Assembly (NCBI GenBank): GCA_965237525.1
Contig: CBDEFO010000008.1
Span: 320,001-384,000 of the forward strand
Direction: 5' to 3'
DNA: 64,000 nucleotides
Origin: Candidatus Latescibacterota bacterium
GTDB lineage: Bacteria; Latescibacterota; CBDEFO01
Both the position numbers and the translations under genes were made by a program. Under the pieces are notes generated by a model. The model had not been told where the DNA came from. It did not search any database and saw only the letters and a program-made list of their open reading frames with translations. Of this stretch, positions 29,487-40,290 are shown piece after piece; position 1 is the stretch's first letter; each line of letters starts with the position of its first letter.

Positions 29487-30899
29487 TCAGAAAGGAGCGA
29501 CCTGCTCCTCGGTGGGTTCCGCTCAGCAGTACCACGGTTCGGTCAGGTAGGGGATCGGCGCGCGCTGTGGCCACCGGTCTGCGTACGTTATAGGTCCAGG
29601 ACTTCTTGATAGTGACTGCTCAGTCAGATTCCAGATCTGAGAGAATATCTCGTCTCTTCCTTCTCCCTGCGCCGCTGCCGACTCGACCAGCGCCTGAATT
29701 TCCGCCTGCAACTGGTCGACCTGAGGGTCTGCGTGATGCCAGGGATAGATGAGGGCAACCTCATCAAACGGTCCCACCATCTCTCGCACTTCGGAGAGCT
29801 CCAGCAGCTTCGAACCGGCGGGGATCAACAGGCGAATTGCAAGCTGGATGGGCGCTACGTGATCGATCAGATCCAGCTCCGCCAGAAGTGACAGCAGATC
29901 CTGGTAGCCCTCGACCGAGGTCCAGGGTGTAAAAGATACGAAGGTCGGGTTTAAGATCAGTCCCTCCTCCCGAAAGAGGTGGGCGACCCGGACAAAATCG
30001 TCCCGGCTGTGACCCTTATTAAGGAAGGCGAGCACGCGGTTATCAATCGACTCTACAGCGCTTGTGACAAAGAGGCATCCGGTCTCTCGCAGCGTAGATA
30101 GGTGCTCTCTATACTTAAGGAGATGTTCAATTTTGATGGTCACGTCATAAGTCAAATGCGGGTGTTCGTGGTGGAGAGAACGCACCAAGGCCAGGGAATG
30201 ACCTATGCCGTTGAAAAAATCGGGATCTCCAAACGTGATGTGTTCCGCGCCAGCGACGACCTGTTGCCTGACGTCCTCCAGCACAACGTCTCTTTGCACG
30301 ATGCGGAACTTGCCCTCATAGACCGGTACGATAGGGCAATGGCGACACCGATGCTTGCAGCCTCGACTGGCTTCCGTATACCCCACTGTTCTGCTGTGAC
30401 CATTGCCCCGGTTCAAGCGCGCATATTTCGATAATGAAACAAGGCCCCCTCGATCCGGGACTAGAAACTTTTGCTTGGCCAGCGAGATGAGGGGTTCCGG
30501 TTGGGGAACCCCAACAGCTGCGGCTGGTCTTGCGGAAAGACGCTGCACCAGACTTACCAATCCCGATTCGTACTCTCCGCCCAGTATGGTGCCCGCACCA
30601 AGAGAGCGCAGGAAGGATTCGTTCATCGGCGCATAGAGACCATAGAAGCACAGATGCGCTGCTGGATTGAGCGCTTTTACCCGATCAATGACCAGTGTGC
30701 CGATCCGCGTTGCTGTGTGCATCGGCAGATAGAACGCCACCACTTGAGCAGCACAGATCGCCTCCTCGTTTAACTCCTCTACGGCCAGGTCCAGGCAGGT
30801 TACCTGTGCTCCTGCCTGTCGGAGCCAGGCGGCAGGGGAAGCCAGACCAAAGGGCTGCCGACCCAACTCATAAGTGGATATCAGCGCGACACGTATCAT
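29487..30899 (-). CDS. CUAEP-tail B12-binding radical SAM selenoprotein (UGA=Sec at 29523-29525)
   Basis: CKHRCRHC radical SAM motif; ...EPWYC-TGA-AEPTEEQVAPF-stop; stem-loop just downstream of the UGA. Confidence 0.88.
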
Positions 30900-30982
30900 A
30901 GACTCATTCTAACTGTCAAGTCAGCAGGACAAGCGACTCTCCAGATGTTTTTCTGGAGGCAGCTCTGGATCGTTTCAGGGAC

Positions 30983-31582
30983 CTACGCCAGAGGAGACTG
31001 TCCACCCTCACCTTTTGAGGGCTCATAGTAAGGGTTATTGCCGTCGGCATGATCGGTCTTGTCAATGATCTCCCGGATTTCTGGTACCGCTTCCTTGATC
31101 ATCACCTCGATACCCTGTTTCAGGGTCACGTCAACCATTCCGCATCCCTGACAGCCGCCGCCGAGGGCTATGTAGGCAATATCGTCCTTCACTTCAAGGA
31201 GCGCGACGCTACCTCCGTGCGACGCCACGGCAGGATTGATCTGATCGTCTATCACCTTCTGGACGGCCGCCGCCCTGGGATCTGCCCATAGGGAGTTGGG
31301 GTTCTCGATCTTAAAACCACTCTGCTGTGTATCCTCGATATAGTCTATGGTCACGCCTTTGAGGTTGGGTGCGCTTTCAGGGTCCACGAACACATTGAAA
31401 CCGTCAACCTCGAGCACGATGTCCTCTGCGCCCTTGTCCTCCTCCTTTTCAAACTTGAGATCGTACTGGAATCCACCGGGTCCGCGCCCCTTAATGGCCA
31501 CACGCACCCCTAAACCTTGTTGGTCTTGAGCTTTCAGAAGCTCGAGGATCTTCTTCTTTGATGAATCAGTGATAGTAAGCAT
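30983..31582 (-). CDS. nfuA: Fe-S biogenesis protein NfuA-like (degenerate A-type domain + NifU C-terminal)
   Basis: INPAVASHGG, GGGCQGC. Confidence 0.88.
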   Translation of the reverse strand: MLTITDSSKKKILELLKAQDQQGLGVRVAIKGRGPGGFQYDLKFEKEEDKGAEDIVLEVDGFNVFVDPESAPNLKGVTIDYIEDTQQSGFKIENPNSLWADPRAAAVQKVIDDQINPAVASHGGSVALLEVKDDIAYIALGGGCQGCGMVDVTLKQGIEVMIKEAVPEIREIIDKTDHADGNNPYYEPSKGEGGQSPLA

Positions 31583-31612
31583 TAGTTCCTCCTTAAAATA
31601 AGTAGACAGTGG

Positions 31613-33031
31613 TCAGTAGACAGTAGACAGGGGCACCTCTCCCCGCCCTGCATGCTGTCCACTGTATGATGTATGCTGCTTCTGCGATGGAGTGATGATC
31701 AATGTAAGTCTCCGATGGGCTTCGCGCAGCGCCGCCTCGACCCGCTCCGGGGTCTCGCCGCTAGCGAAGATGAACCCCAGGTACTTCGTCCCTTCCGGCG
31801 GCGGGACGACCTCTTGGCCTATGGAAATGGTGAACTTAATCCCTTCGATGCCAGGAACACTTTTGGCCTCCTCCTGGCCCAGGGCCTCACGTAGGATACC
31901 GGCCTCGGGGATTGGGATCATCATTACCCCGGCAGCTCTCCCCTCCCGCTGGAAGGACTCCACTGGATGTCCCAGAGAATGTCTCAGGATCAGCTCCTCG
32001 AGTGACATGTTGTCACTAAACCGAAGTGTGCCGGAGCAGAGACCTCCGATAGATCGTGGGGCGATCTCAAGCATCCATGGTCGAACTCCGACTACACGCC
32101 CCTGACCTCGATTGATCCCCGACCCCCGATCCATTCGGGGGCTTGCCCCCGAATGATTCAATCGGGGATCGGGGGCCACCCGAAGCTCCGCATGCACAGG
32201 ACCCTCTGAAAGTCCAAGTGCAGCGGCTGCCTTCGCCGTGCAGGCTTTGATCTCTGCCTGCAGGGGCATGGGAAGGCGAGAGGGGGTAACGTATATTGTC
32301 TCTTCAAAGAACGGTCCATCGAGAGGATCAGGCTTGTCGAACAGCGCCAGAACCTGTAGCTTGCCCTTGGAGAGGAGTCCCTCCAGCGCCACCTCGAGGC
32401 CCGGGATGAAGGTCTCGACCAGGATATGCTGCACTGATTCGCCTCCCTGGGCGGCCACTTCCGGCCGGCGCAAGATTGCGACGAGACGACGAAAGGCGAC
32501 GACGAACTGGGCCACATCGTCGGCGCGGATGACACCGCGACTGGCGGAGAGAGACAGCGGCTTGATGACGCACGGGAAGCTAATTTCTTGCGCCACATCT
32601 TCTGGCTTATCGTCGATAGAAAACCTCTCAAAGCGCGGCGAGAGGATGTCCACCTTTGCCAGGATCTCCCGCATACAGTACTTGTTTCGGGCGGCAGAGA
32701 CCGAGCTCACTGAATTGTGCGAAAGTTCCAGCGCTTCCGAGGCTACCGCTGCTAATATTGCACCGTCGTCATCTGTGGATACCACAGCCCGGATCGGATA
32801 TTCTTTGGCAAAATGGACAATGGCTCCCAAGGCCTCCTTCGGATTCAGAAAGTTGAGTGTGAGGTTTCCAGCTGGGTTTGCCGCCGATAAGACCTGAGGG
32901 CGGTCAGTCCCGACCACAACGGACACATCCGCGATAGGATCAATCGGGGACAAGCGGAGCCGCTTTGCCGCCTCGAGGAACGCATTGGCCCTGTAACTAT
33001 TAGTAGACATCAAAAGAAGAATGCGATGCAT
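31613..33031 (-). CDS. ATP-grasp domain ligase
   Basis: VIKPLSLSASRGV, EIAPRSIGG; two in-frame palindromic insertions. Confidence 0.88.
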   Translation of the reverse strand: MHRILLLMSTNSYRANAFLEAAKRLRLSPIDPIADVSVVVGTDRPQVLSAANPAGNLTLNFLNPKEALGAIVHFAKEYPIRAVVSTDDDGAILAAVASEALELSHNSVSSVSAARNKYCMREILAKVDILSPRFERFSIDDKPEDVAQEISFPCVIKPLSLSASRGVIRADDVAQFVVAFRRLVAILRRPEVAAQGGESVQHILVETFIPGLEVALEGLLSKGKLQVLALFDKPDPLDGPFFEETIYVTPSRLPMPLQAEIKACTAKAAAALGLSEGPVHAELRVAPDPRLNHSGASPRMDRGSGINRGQGRVVGVRPWMLEIAPRSIGGLCSGTLRFSDNMSLEELILRHSLGHPVESFQREGRAAGVMMIPIPEAGILREALGQEEAKSVPGIEGIKFTISIGQEVVPPPEGTKYLGFIFASGETPERVEAALREAHRRLTLIITPSQKQHTSYSGQHAGRGEVPLSTVY

Positions 33032-33333
33032 TCGTCTCCAAGACCCTTCCTGCTTATAAAGCACCGGTAAATAATACGTCCAGACAGTCCCGATATGTTC
33101 AATCAAGGATAGAATCAATCTGGGGTCGAGAAACTTAATCAGGTGGATATTGTAATAATATTAGCAAACTTGCTTGAGAAAGGGCAAGTAAATCAACTCC
33201 TTTTTTCTATAGAATCTTCTGCCTGCGGCAAGAGTCCATATCAGCCGCTGTCAGCCAGCAGAACTGGCAGTGTGTCGTATCCATTGGTACAACGACCCCC
33301 GATTCAATAGGGGACAAGATTTCGGTATTGAAG

Positions 33334-33831
33334 TCACCGTCGGTTCGGTTGATATTCATAAGTCTTACTCTGTAAGTACTTGCTGTCATAGAAGATAAGA
33401 GGATAACCGTCGCGCAGATCGCCCGTTATGATCTCACCAATGAAGATATCATGGTCACCGCCCGACAGAACTTCAACGACCTGGCAATCCACGAACGCCA
33501 GCGCTTCGGACAGAATCGGAGAACCGGTCGCGGCCGTCGTCACCGCAAGTCCGGAGAAATCTTTCGGGCCAGGTGTTGCAAACCGGCGTGAAATCTCTTG
33601 TTGATCTTCCATCAACACATTAACCGCAAAGCATCTGCTCTGCTTCAGGCACTCGTACGTGTGGTTTCTTTGATCGACCGCAACTAAGACCAGCGGCGGG
33701 TCAAGCGACAGGGACGCGACTGCATTGGCTGTCAGCCCGCAGACATGGTCGCCGTAGCGCGTTGTCACCAACGTCACACCCGTTGCAAAGCGGCCCATGA
33801 TCCTCCGCTGCAACAACTCATCAAACGCCAT
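33334..33831 (-). CDS. flavin reductase family protein
   Basis: FATGVT, SLSLDPPL, GGDHDIFIG. Confidence 0.93.
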   Translation of the reverse strand: MAFDELLQRRIMGRFATGVTLVTTRYGDHVCGLTANAVASLSLDPPLVLVAVDQRNHTYECLKQSRCFAVNVLMEDQQEISRRFATPGPKDFSGLAVTTAATGSPILSEALAFVDCQVVEVLSGGDHDIFIGEIITGDLRDGYPLIFYDSKYLQSKTYEYQPNRR

Positions 33832-33843
33832 TATTCGTTTCCC

Positions 33844-34707
33844 CTAGTCCCCGATTGAATCTATCGTGGAATAACCCTCCAGCACATCATGACATTTGTG
33901 CTTAATCTTTTGGATAGCTCTGTTTCTAATCTGACGCGCCCTCTCCCTGCTTATACCAAAAGCCGATCCAATTTGCTGCAACGTCATCGGCTCATCGTAG
34001 CCAAGCCCATAGTAAAGACGAACTATCTTAGCCTCCCTATCATTAAGCTTGGATAGACAATTCTCTATTGCCTGTGAAAAATTCTCCTCCTCAACTTGCC
34101 TATCCGTCACAGCACCTTGGTCTGATATTGTGTCCAACAGCGGGTTGTCCTCAAATTCGTCCAGTGCGGCGTCCAAGGATATGTCCGACTGCACGCACAC
34201 CAAAGCTTTATAGACCCGATTAAGACTTATATCGGCACTTTGGGCTATCTCTTCTGGTGATGGCCGCCGACCTAACTTCTGGGTTAAAGGCCCCACCCTT
34301 TTTGCCATCCTTTCAAGATCGTCAAAGTGACTCATAGGGAGACGAACTATCTTGATCTGCTCAGCGAATGCCTTTAATATAGCCTGTCTGACCCACCAAA
34401 CAGCATATGTTACGAATTTATAGCCTCTGGTCTCATCAAATCTTCTTGCTGCTTCGATAAGCCCGATGTTGCCTTCTGCTATCAGATCGGAAAGAGAAAG
34501 TCCTCTTCCCAGGTAATCCTTTGCAACAGAGACGACAAAGCTTAAATTGGCTGTAACTAACTTATCCCGGGCTTTCCTATCTCCCGTTTTGATCCTTTCA
34601 GCCAGTTTGACTTCCTCTTGTCTTTCAAGAGGTTTGTATGTCCTTATGTCCTTCAGATAAAGGTTTACGGACACGTCCTCGTTGAAAGAGAATGCCTTAT
34701 TCTTCAT
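33844..34707 (-). CDS. RpoD/RpoS-like (non-primary) sigma70 factor
   Basis: LYLKDI, DLIAEGNIGL, YAVWWVRQAI, ISRERARQI; lacks region 1.1. Confidence 0.92.
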   Translation of the reverse strand: MKNKAFSFNEDVSVNLYLKDIRTYKPLERQEEVKLAERIKTGDRKARDKLVTANLSFVVSVAKDYLGRGLSLSDLIAEGNIGLIEAARRFDETRGYKFVTYAVWWVRQAILKAFAEQIKIVRLPMSHFDDLERMAKRVGPLTQKLGRRPSPEEIAQSADISLNRVYKALVCVQSDISLDAALDEFEDNPLLDTISDQGAVTDRQVEEENFSQAIENCLSKLNDREAKIVRLYYGLGYDEPMTLQQIGSAFGISRERARQIRNRAIQKIKHKCHDVLEGYSTIDSIGD

Positions 34708-35089
34708 AGTATTCTCATCCCCAGTTCTGTTCTGCGTGACATCGCCCAATTCTCCCCCCAAAAAGCCCTTCGATCCAGCTCGTAGCTTAATTCTCACTTT
34801 CTGGGGATCCCTCAGATATAGAGACGACAGCGTCCTTTGCCTTCAGATCCTCGAAGTCTACAGTGCACATAGCACAGATGTTCCAGGTCAGGGCGGACAG
34901 CTCTTGTGAGGGCTTTTGTTATATTTTATAAACTATATAATTAAAAAATATGCCGATTTTTATATTTTGTCAAGTATTTTTTTATAAAGTCTTGCTTGTG
35001 ACCGATTTTCATGTTATACTTGCTTGTAACCTCTTATACTTCTTGTAACCTCCAAAGTTTCCGAAAATTAAGGAATGTGAAAACCCACT

Positions 35090-35719
35090 ATGAACGAAAC
35101 GCCACAATCGACACGCCAGGAGCTTCTTGAGACACTCAAGATGAATGGTGAGATGACTGTCGAGGCATTGAGCGCGCTGATCGGAATTACTACCATGGGA
35201 GTGCGACAGCATCTGGCAGTTCTGGAAAAAGATGGTCTCGTTTCCAGCCGGACTGTGCGCCAGAAGGTGGGGCGTCCCGCTCTCCATTTTCAGCTCACAG
35301 AGCGGTCCGAAGCCCTCTTTCCCCAGCGATATGGGCACTTTGCAACGAGCATTCTGGAGCAGATTCGCCAACTTGACGGAGATGAGAAGATCGATCTTAT
35401 TCTGCGAAAAAGGGCCGAGTTACAGATCGAAGCTTACCGACAGAGAATAGAGGCAAAGCCTCTTTTAGAACAGGTAACGGAACTGGCCAGAATCAGAGAC
35501 GACGAGGGTTATATGGCTGAGGTTCGGGATCTTGGCGATGGCAGTTTTGAGCTCATTGAACACCACTGTCCGATTGCTGACGTTGCGCGTATGTGTGAAA
35601 AAGTTTGCACATACGAACTCGAGGTCTTTCGTCAGGTGCTCGATGCTGATGTGGTGTTTAGTGATCATAAGATGCGTGGCGATTCTCAGTGCAGCTACAT
35701 TCTGAAAAAGAGAAAATGA
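35090..35719 (+). CDS. SufR-like HTH transcriptional regulator
   Basis: VRQHLAVLEKDGLV HTH, GRP, HHCPI...C..E...C. Confidence 0.85.
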   Translation: MNETPQSTRQELLETLKMNGEMTVEALSALIGITTMGVRQHLAVLEKDGLVSSRTVRQKVGRPALHFQLTERSEALFPQRYGHFATSILEQIRQLDGDEKIDLILRKRAELQIEAYRQRIEAKPLLEQVTELARIRDDEGYMAEVRDLGDGSFELIEHHCPIADVARMCEKVCTYELEVFRQVLDADVVFSDHKMRGDSQCSYILKKRK

Positions 35720-35787
35720 CAGGATACAAATAGGGCTTGACCTATCCTTCTAATTTTGTTATATTCAATGTAGTTAAGGAGGATACA

Positions 35788-35934
35788 ATGAACTTACTTG
35801 CCATTTACCGCCAGTTTACAGACCAACAAGCTTGCATTGACCGCTTAGAGAATATTCGATGGCTGGTTTTTTCCCTTTGCCCTTTCTGTGGCAGCGACAG
35901 AGTAGCCCGGAAGGCCGAAAATAGCCGCTTATGA
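35788..35934 (+). pseudogene. IS1595 transposase N-terminal stub
   Basis: MNLLAIYRQFTDQQACIDRLENIRW...CPFCGS, homologous to the 37736 start; TTGACC-N17-TATATT promoter at 35737-35765. Confidence 0.8.
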
Positions 35935-36113
35935 TGTGGAAAGAGGCTAACGGAAAGAGTAAAACAGCCGCTACCAGACAAGAGCTAAAAAAGATGAGGG
36001 ACAACTCTTCAAAAGCCAAGACCATAGCTCGCTTGGGAAACGAAGGTAAAGCTCCCGAGAATCCGAGTGATGAAATATTTGTTGAGGCTTTTGGACAGAC
36101 TGCTCCAACTTAG
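35931..36113 (+). pseudogene. possible C-terminal fragment of a phage scaffold-like protein
   Basis: Charged fragment directly upstream of the capsid gene; call rests on position only. Confidence 0.3.
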
Positions 36114-36130
36114 AAAGAAGATGAACTCAA

Positions 36131-37436
36131 ATGGCTACACTATCAGAAATGAGAGCGACAGAGAACGTAGGCGGAACAGTGCCGCTTCAGGATAGGAGAA
36201 AGTACGACACGTCAGACGGGATAATCTTGATGGGACTTGCTCAATCTCCTTTGCTGAATATCATGAGTCGGAAGATGATGAAGAAAATGACTGATGACCC
36301 TGAGTACAAGCATTGGTCTGATCTTGAGTTAACATACAAGGGCACTCTGGAAGGTTCTGATGCAGACGGTAATGCAGCTGCTATTGCTACTGGCACAGAG
36401 TACTTCAAGGGGACTAACCTTGGTATCATGATGCAAGTTGGTGCACAGCTTTATATGGAGTCAGAACAGGTTAATCAGACCAATACTGCCCCAGCTATAC
36501 ATGGTGAGGTTTGTATATGTGAAACCAAGATCACAAATGATGTTATCAAGGTTAAAAGAGGTGGTGGTGACGGGAAATTGTCTACTAACGTGACTGCTGG
36601 CTCCGGCAAGACTCTCAATTGGGTTGCTATGGGTGTTACCTACCAGCGAAGGCGCCGGGACTGGTACTGGCTTTACAGAGACACTGACAGAGGACAGTAA
36701 TTATATTGAGATAGTCAAGTGTCCCTGGAGTGCTACTGATACCAACGTAAAGACTAAGTGCTACGGTGAAAATGACTTTCAACACCCGGAGAGAAAGGCT
36801 CGGGACTTCTTCTTAAGGACTGTCGAGCTTAAGTTCTTCTTAGGTCATAAGTATAGAGACTCTGTTGATGGAGAACGCAGGCGGTTCACAGGTGGCGCCG
36901 TAGACTATATACTTGGTGGTAACAACGTCGCCTATGATTCAACAAAGGACATGGTGAACGGTGATGGCTCGAAGAGATACTGGAAGATAGGAGCTGTGGC
37001 GAAGCTCACCAAGGCTAACGTCAACAAGTTTGTTGAGCAGTTGTTCAAATACGGCAACAAGAACAAGGTTGCCTTCTGTTCTCCTGGTTTCTTGACCGTG
37101 TTTCAGGATCTCTTTGACTCAGCTCTCAGGCTGGAGAATGGTGTGACCAGTTACAAGCTTGCCATCACTCGGTATGAAAGTAGTCATGGAGTTCTCGATC
37201 TGGTGTCTGATCCTGTTTTCTATGATCTTCATCAGTATGATGTAGTTGTGCTTGATACCGACTACACCGCGTATAGGTTTATGCCTGACATGGACATACA
37301 TATTGACAAGGGACCTAACGGAAAGGGAATTCAGAGCAATGATGCCAAGAGAATGACCTATCAGATGTATGCTCAGATAGGATTTGATATTACATTCCCC
37401 GACGCACATGCATACATATATGGCTATAACGGCTAA
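36131..37436 (+). pseudogene. phage major capsid protein (SU10/DUF5309-like), frameshifted near 36640
   Basis: SPLL..., EG..., NYIEIVKCPWSATDT, ELKFFLG, RFTGG, YESSHGVLDLV patterns across two overlapping ORFs. Confidence 0.7.
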
Positions 37437-37735
37437 AGGGAAGATGGCAATATAGCATTACGAATGCTTGATGCCAGTGCGTTGCTTTACTTCGATGACA
37501 TGTTAACTCTGTTAATACTGCCAAGATAACCGGGAGTGTTGATTGTGTAGGTGGGGTTACAATGTAGATGAAGCTACTCTGAAGACTGGCTTACCCGCTT
37601 CGGTAAGTCTTCTAATGGCCCTCTTGCAGTAACAATAGCTGTAGTGACACTCCCAACTAAAACATTACGCATTGAAGCGATATGGGCTTGACTTTCTGTA
37701 GGGCGCGTGCTATATTAGATGCAGGAGGACAAGCC

Positions 37736-38600
37736 ATGAACTTACTCACCATCTTCAGCCGCTAACCCCAATCAGGAAGCCTGCATCGAGCACCTTGAGA
37801 AGGTGCGCTGGCACAGCGAACCGCACTGTGATAGCGTCCGCGTGGCGCGCAAGATAGACGGGGGGCGTATAGGCCGGTGGAACTGCCACGCTTGCCATCG
37901 CAGCTACAATGTTCTAGCTAACACCGTCTTTTGCGGCACCAAGATACCGCTCCAAAAGTGGTTCCTGTGCATTGGCCTCATGGTAAACGCCAAAAAAAGC
38001 CTGTCAAGTCATCAACTGGCCCGCGACCTCAACTTGGTGCAGTCCACCGCTCTTTACATGCAAGTGCGCATCCGAGCGCAGATGGGTTCTGCGCAAGCTG
38101 GCCTGCTTCGAGGCATCGTCGAAGTTGATGAGACCTATGTGGGCGGACGCCCCCGCCACGCTTCACCTACTTCCCCTCGGAATAACCCGCGCGGACGCGG
38201 AACGCGTAAGACCCCTGTTATCGGGGCAGTTGAGCGCGGCGGGAAGGTCGTTGCGCAGGTTGCCAAAGACCTCACGGGCAGAGGTGTCCTGCGCTTCATC
38301 AAGGCCGCCGTCGATCCCTACGGCTCCCTACTCGTAACCGACGAATACAGGGCCTACAACACAGTCCGGCGTGACTTTCGCCATGCCATCGTTGACCACA
38401 GCAAGACTTACTCTGACGGCCTTGTTCACACGAACACGATAGAGGGCGTATGGTCGTTGCTCAAGCGGGCGTAGTACGGTTCGCACCATCACTACTCGAA
38501 GCGTTACGCGCCGCTCTATGTAGCCGAGGCCTGCTACAAGTACAACGAGCGTGAGAACGACAACGCCTTCGGCTCCTTCGTGCGCGGGTGCTTCGCATGA
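37736..38600 (+). pseudogene. IS1595 transposase, inactivated
   Basis: EVDETYVGG, TDE, HTNTIEGVWSLLKRA; frameshift/stop near 37765 and TAG at 38472 where W is expected. Confidence 0.88.
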
Positions 38601-40193
38601 ACCGGCTTTACTGCGGCGATTGCCTTGCCATCATGCAGAATATGCCATTCTCAAGCGTGGATCTGATTTACCTTGATCCGCCCTTCAACTCCAATCGATA
38701 TTACAACGCCATCTACAAGGACGAAACCGGACGCCCGCTACCCGATCAGATAGAGGCATTTTGCGACACCTGGGAGCTAGATGACGACCGCGAACGCGCC
38801 ATACGTACCATGCCGGTTTTGATGCGCAAGGCGAGTATCGACGATACCGCAGCAAAGCTATGGCAATTGTGGATGCATGCGTTGCGTAACACACAGCCGC
38901 GCCTGTTGGCTTATCTATCATACATGACTGAACGCTTGCTCTATATGAAGTCAATCTTGAAACCGACGGGGAGTATTTATCTGCACTACGACCCCACAAC
39001 AAGCCATTATCTCAAGGTGTTTATGGACGCGATATTCGGGCATGACAACTTCAGGAACGAAATCGCATGGGAGCGAATTAAAGGCGCTGGAAAAGGGAGC
39101 CAACACAAGGCAAAGGGCTTTGGGCGGTCAAGCGATAGGGTTCTTTTCTACTCAAAGTCGGGGGGGGCATAGAGTTACAAGGACTGAAATCATGACCCCA
39201 TACAAAAACATAGAGACAGACTTTCCTTGCCTCGATGAGAAAGGCCCCTACAAGCGAAGGAGCCCATTTCGTCCACCCGGACTAGGTGAGCGCCCCAATC
39301 TTTGCTATGAATACAAAGGGATATACCCACCTCACAAATCGGGATGGACTACAAGCAAAGACCGCCTTATTACCTTAGACGAAGAAGGCGAATTAGAGTT
39401 TATAGACGATGTGGTTTGGAGAAAGCAGAGGCCCGGCAAGGGAATAGCCCCGAATGACATTTGGCATGACATCGGCCCCGCGCTAGGCTCAGAGCGCATG
39501 GGTTATGCCACCCAGAAGCCAGTAGCCTTGTTAGAGCGCATTATCAAGGCTTCTAGCAACCCAGGCGACCTTGTGTTAGACCCATTCTGCGGATGCGCCA
39601 CTACGCTCGAAGCAGCGCACCATCTTGGGCGGCGATGGATCGGCATTGACATCGCCATTCACGCCGTCAAGCGAGTCGCGCAAAAGCGCTTGCAGGAGCG
39701 TTGCGGCCTGGAGGCTGGCAAGGACTACGTTATCGAAGGCATACCGCGCGACCTATGGGAGCGAGACAAGTATCACTTCCAAAAGTGGGCCGTCGAACAG
39801 GTAGACGGCTTTGTAACATCGCGGCGCACGGGCGACGGCGGTATTGACGGGCGTGTTTACTGCGACGTGCCAGGAGAACGCGAGCTACAAAGCATGGTCA
39901 TCGAAGTCAAGGGCGGCAAGAACGTCAGCATCCACGACCTTCGCGCGTTGCGTTGCGTGCTCGACAATGACGACGCGCTCATGGCTGGGCTCATCGTCAT
40001 GGAGCCGTTGGGGGAAACGAAAGCGCACAACTTCAACCGCTTCATGGCCGAGGTGGGCGATCTTGAGGTGTTGGGCATTCCTTACCCCAGGATGCAGATG
40101 CTCACCGTTGCAGAGATTGTCGAGGGCAAGCGGTTCAGTACGCCGAGCGTGGTGGGCTTGCGCCGCGAACGGCAGACGCAGTTGCCCGTCTGA
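38597..40193 (+). pseudogene. beta-class DNA methyltransferase fused to Mrr-like endonuclease, frameshifted at a G8 tract (39160-39167)
   Basis: DPPFN, ATQKP, DPFCGCATT; C-terminal GDGGIDG...IEVKGG; ATGA overlap with the transposase. Confidence 0.85.
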
Positions 40194-40253
40194 GGTCGTC
40201 AAGCCCATATCGCTTCAATGCGTACAAATATAGACCTCAGCTAATTACGGAGG

Positions 40254-40280
40254 AGGCTCGTCCAATATGGACGGGCCTTT
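40254..40280. terminator. rho-independent terminator-like hairpin
   Basis: AGGCTCGTCCA-ATA-TGGACGGGCCT-TT. Confidence 0.6.
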
Positions 40281-40290
40281 GATATGTACG

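Larger units (their letters stand above)
35733..40222 (+). mobile_element. putative composite IS1595 transposon carrying a phage capsid fragment and an MTase-Mrr gene
   Basis: TACAAATA at 35725-35732 and 40223-40230; left end GGGCTTGAC matches the inner part of the element-3 TIR. Confidence 0.6.
37666..40224 (+). mobile_element. IS1595-family cargo transposon, element 3
   Basis: Perfect 27-bp inverted repeats at 37666-37692 and 40198-40224; TTGACT-N17-TATATT promoter at 37688-37716. Confidence 0.9.

Noticed and set aside
35931..37660. Intact prophage or encapsulin system
   Set aside because: Only one frameshifted capsid-like gene; no terminase, portal, integrase or encapsulin cargo gene
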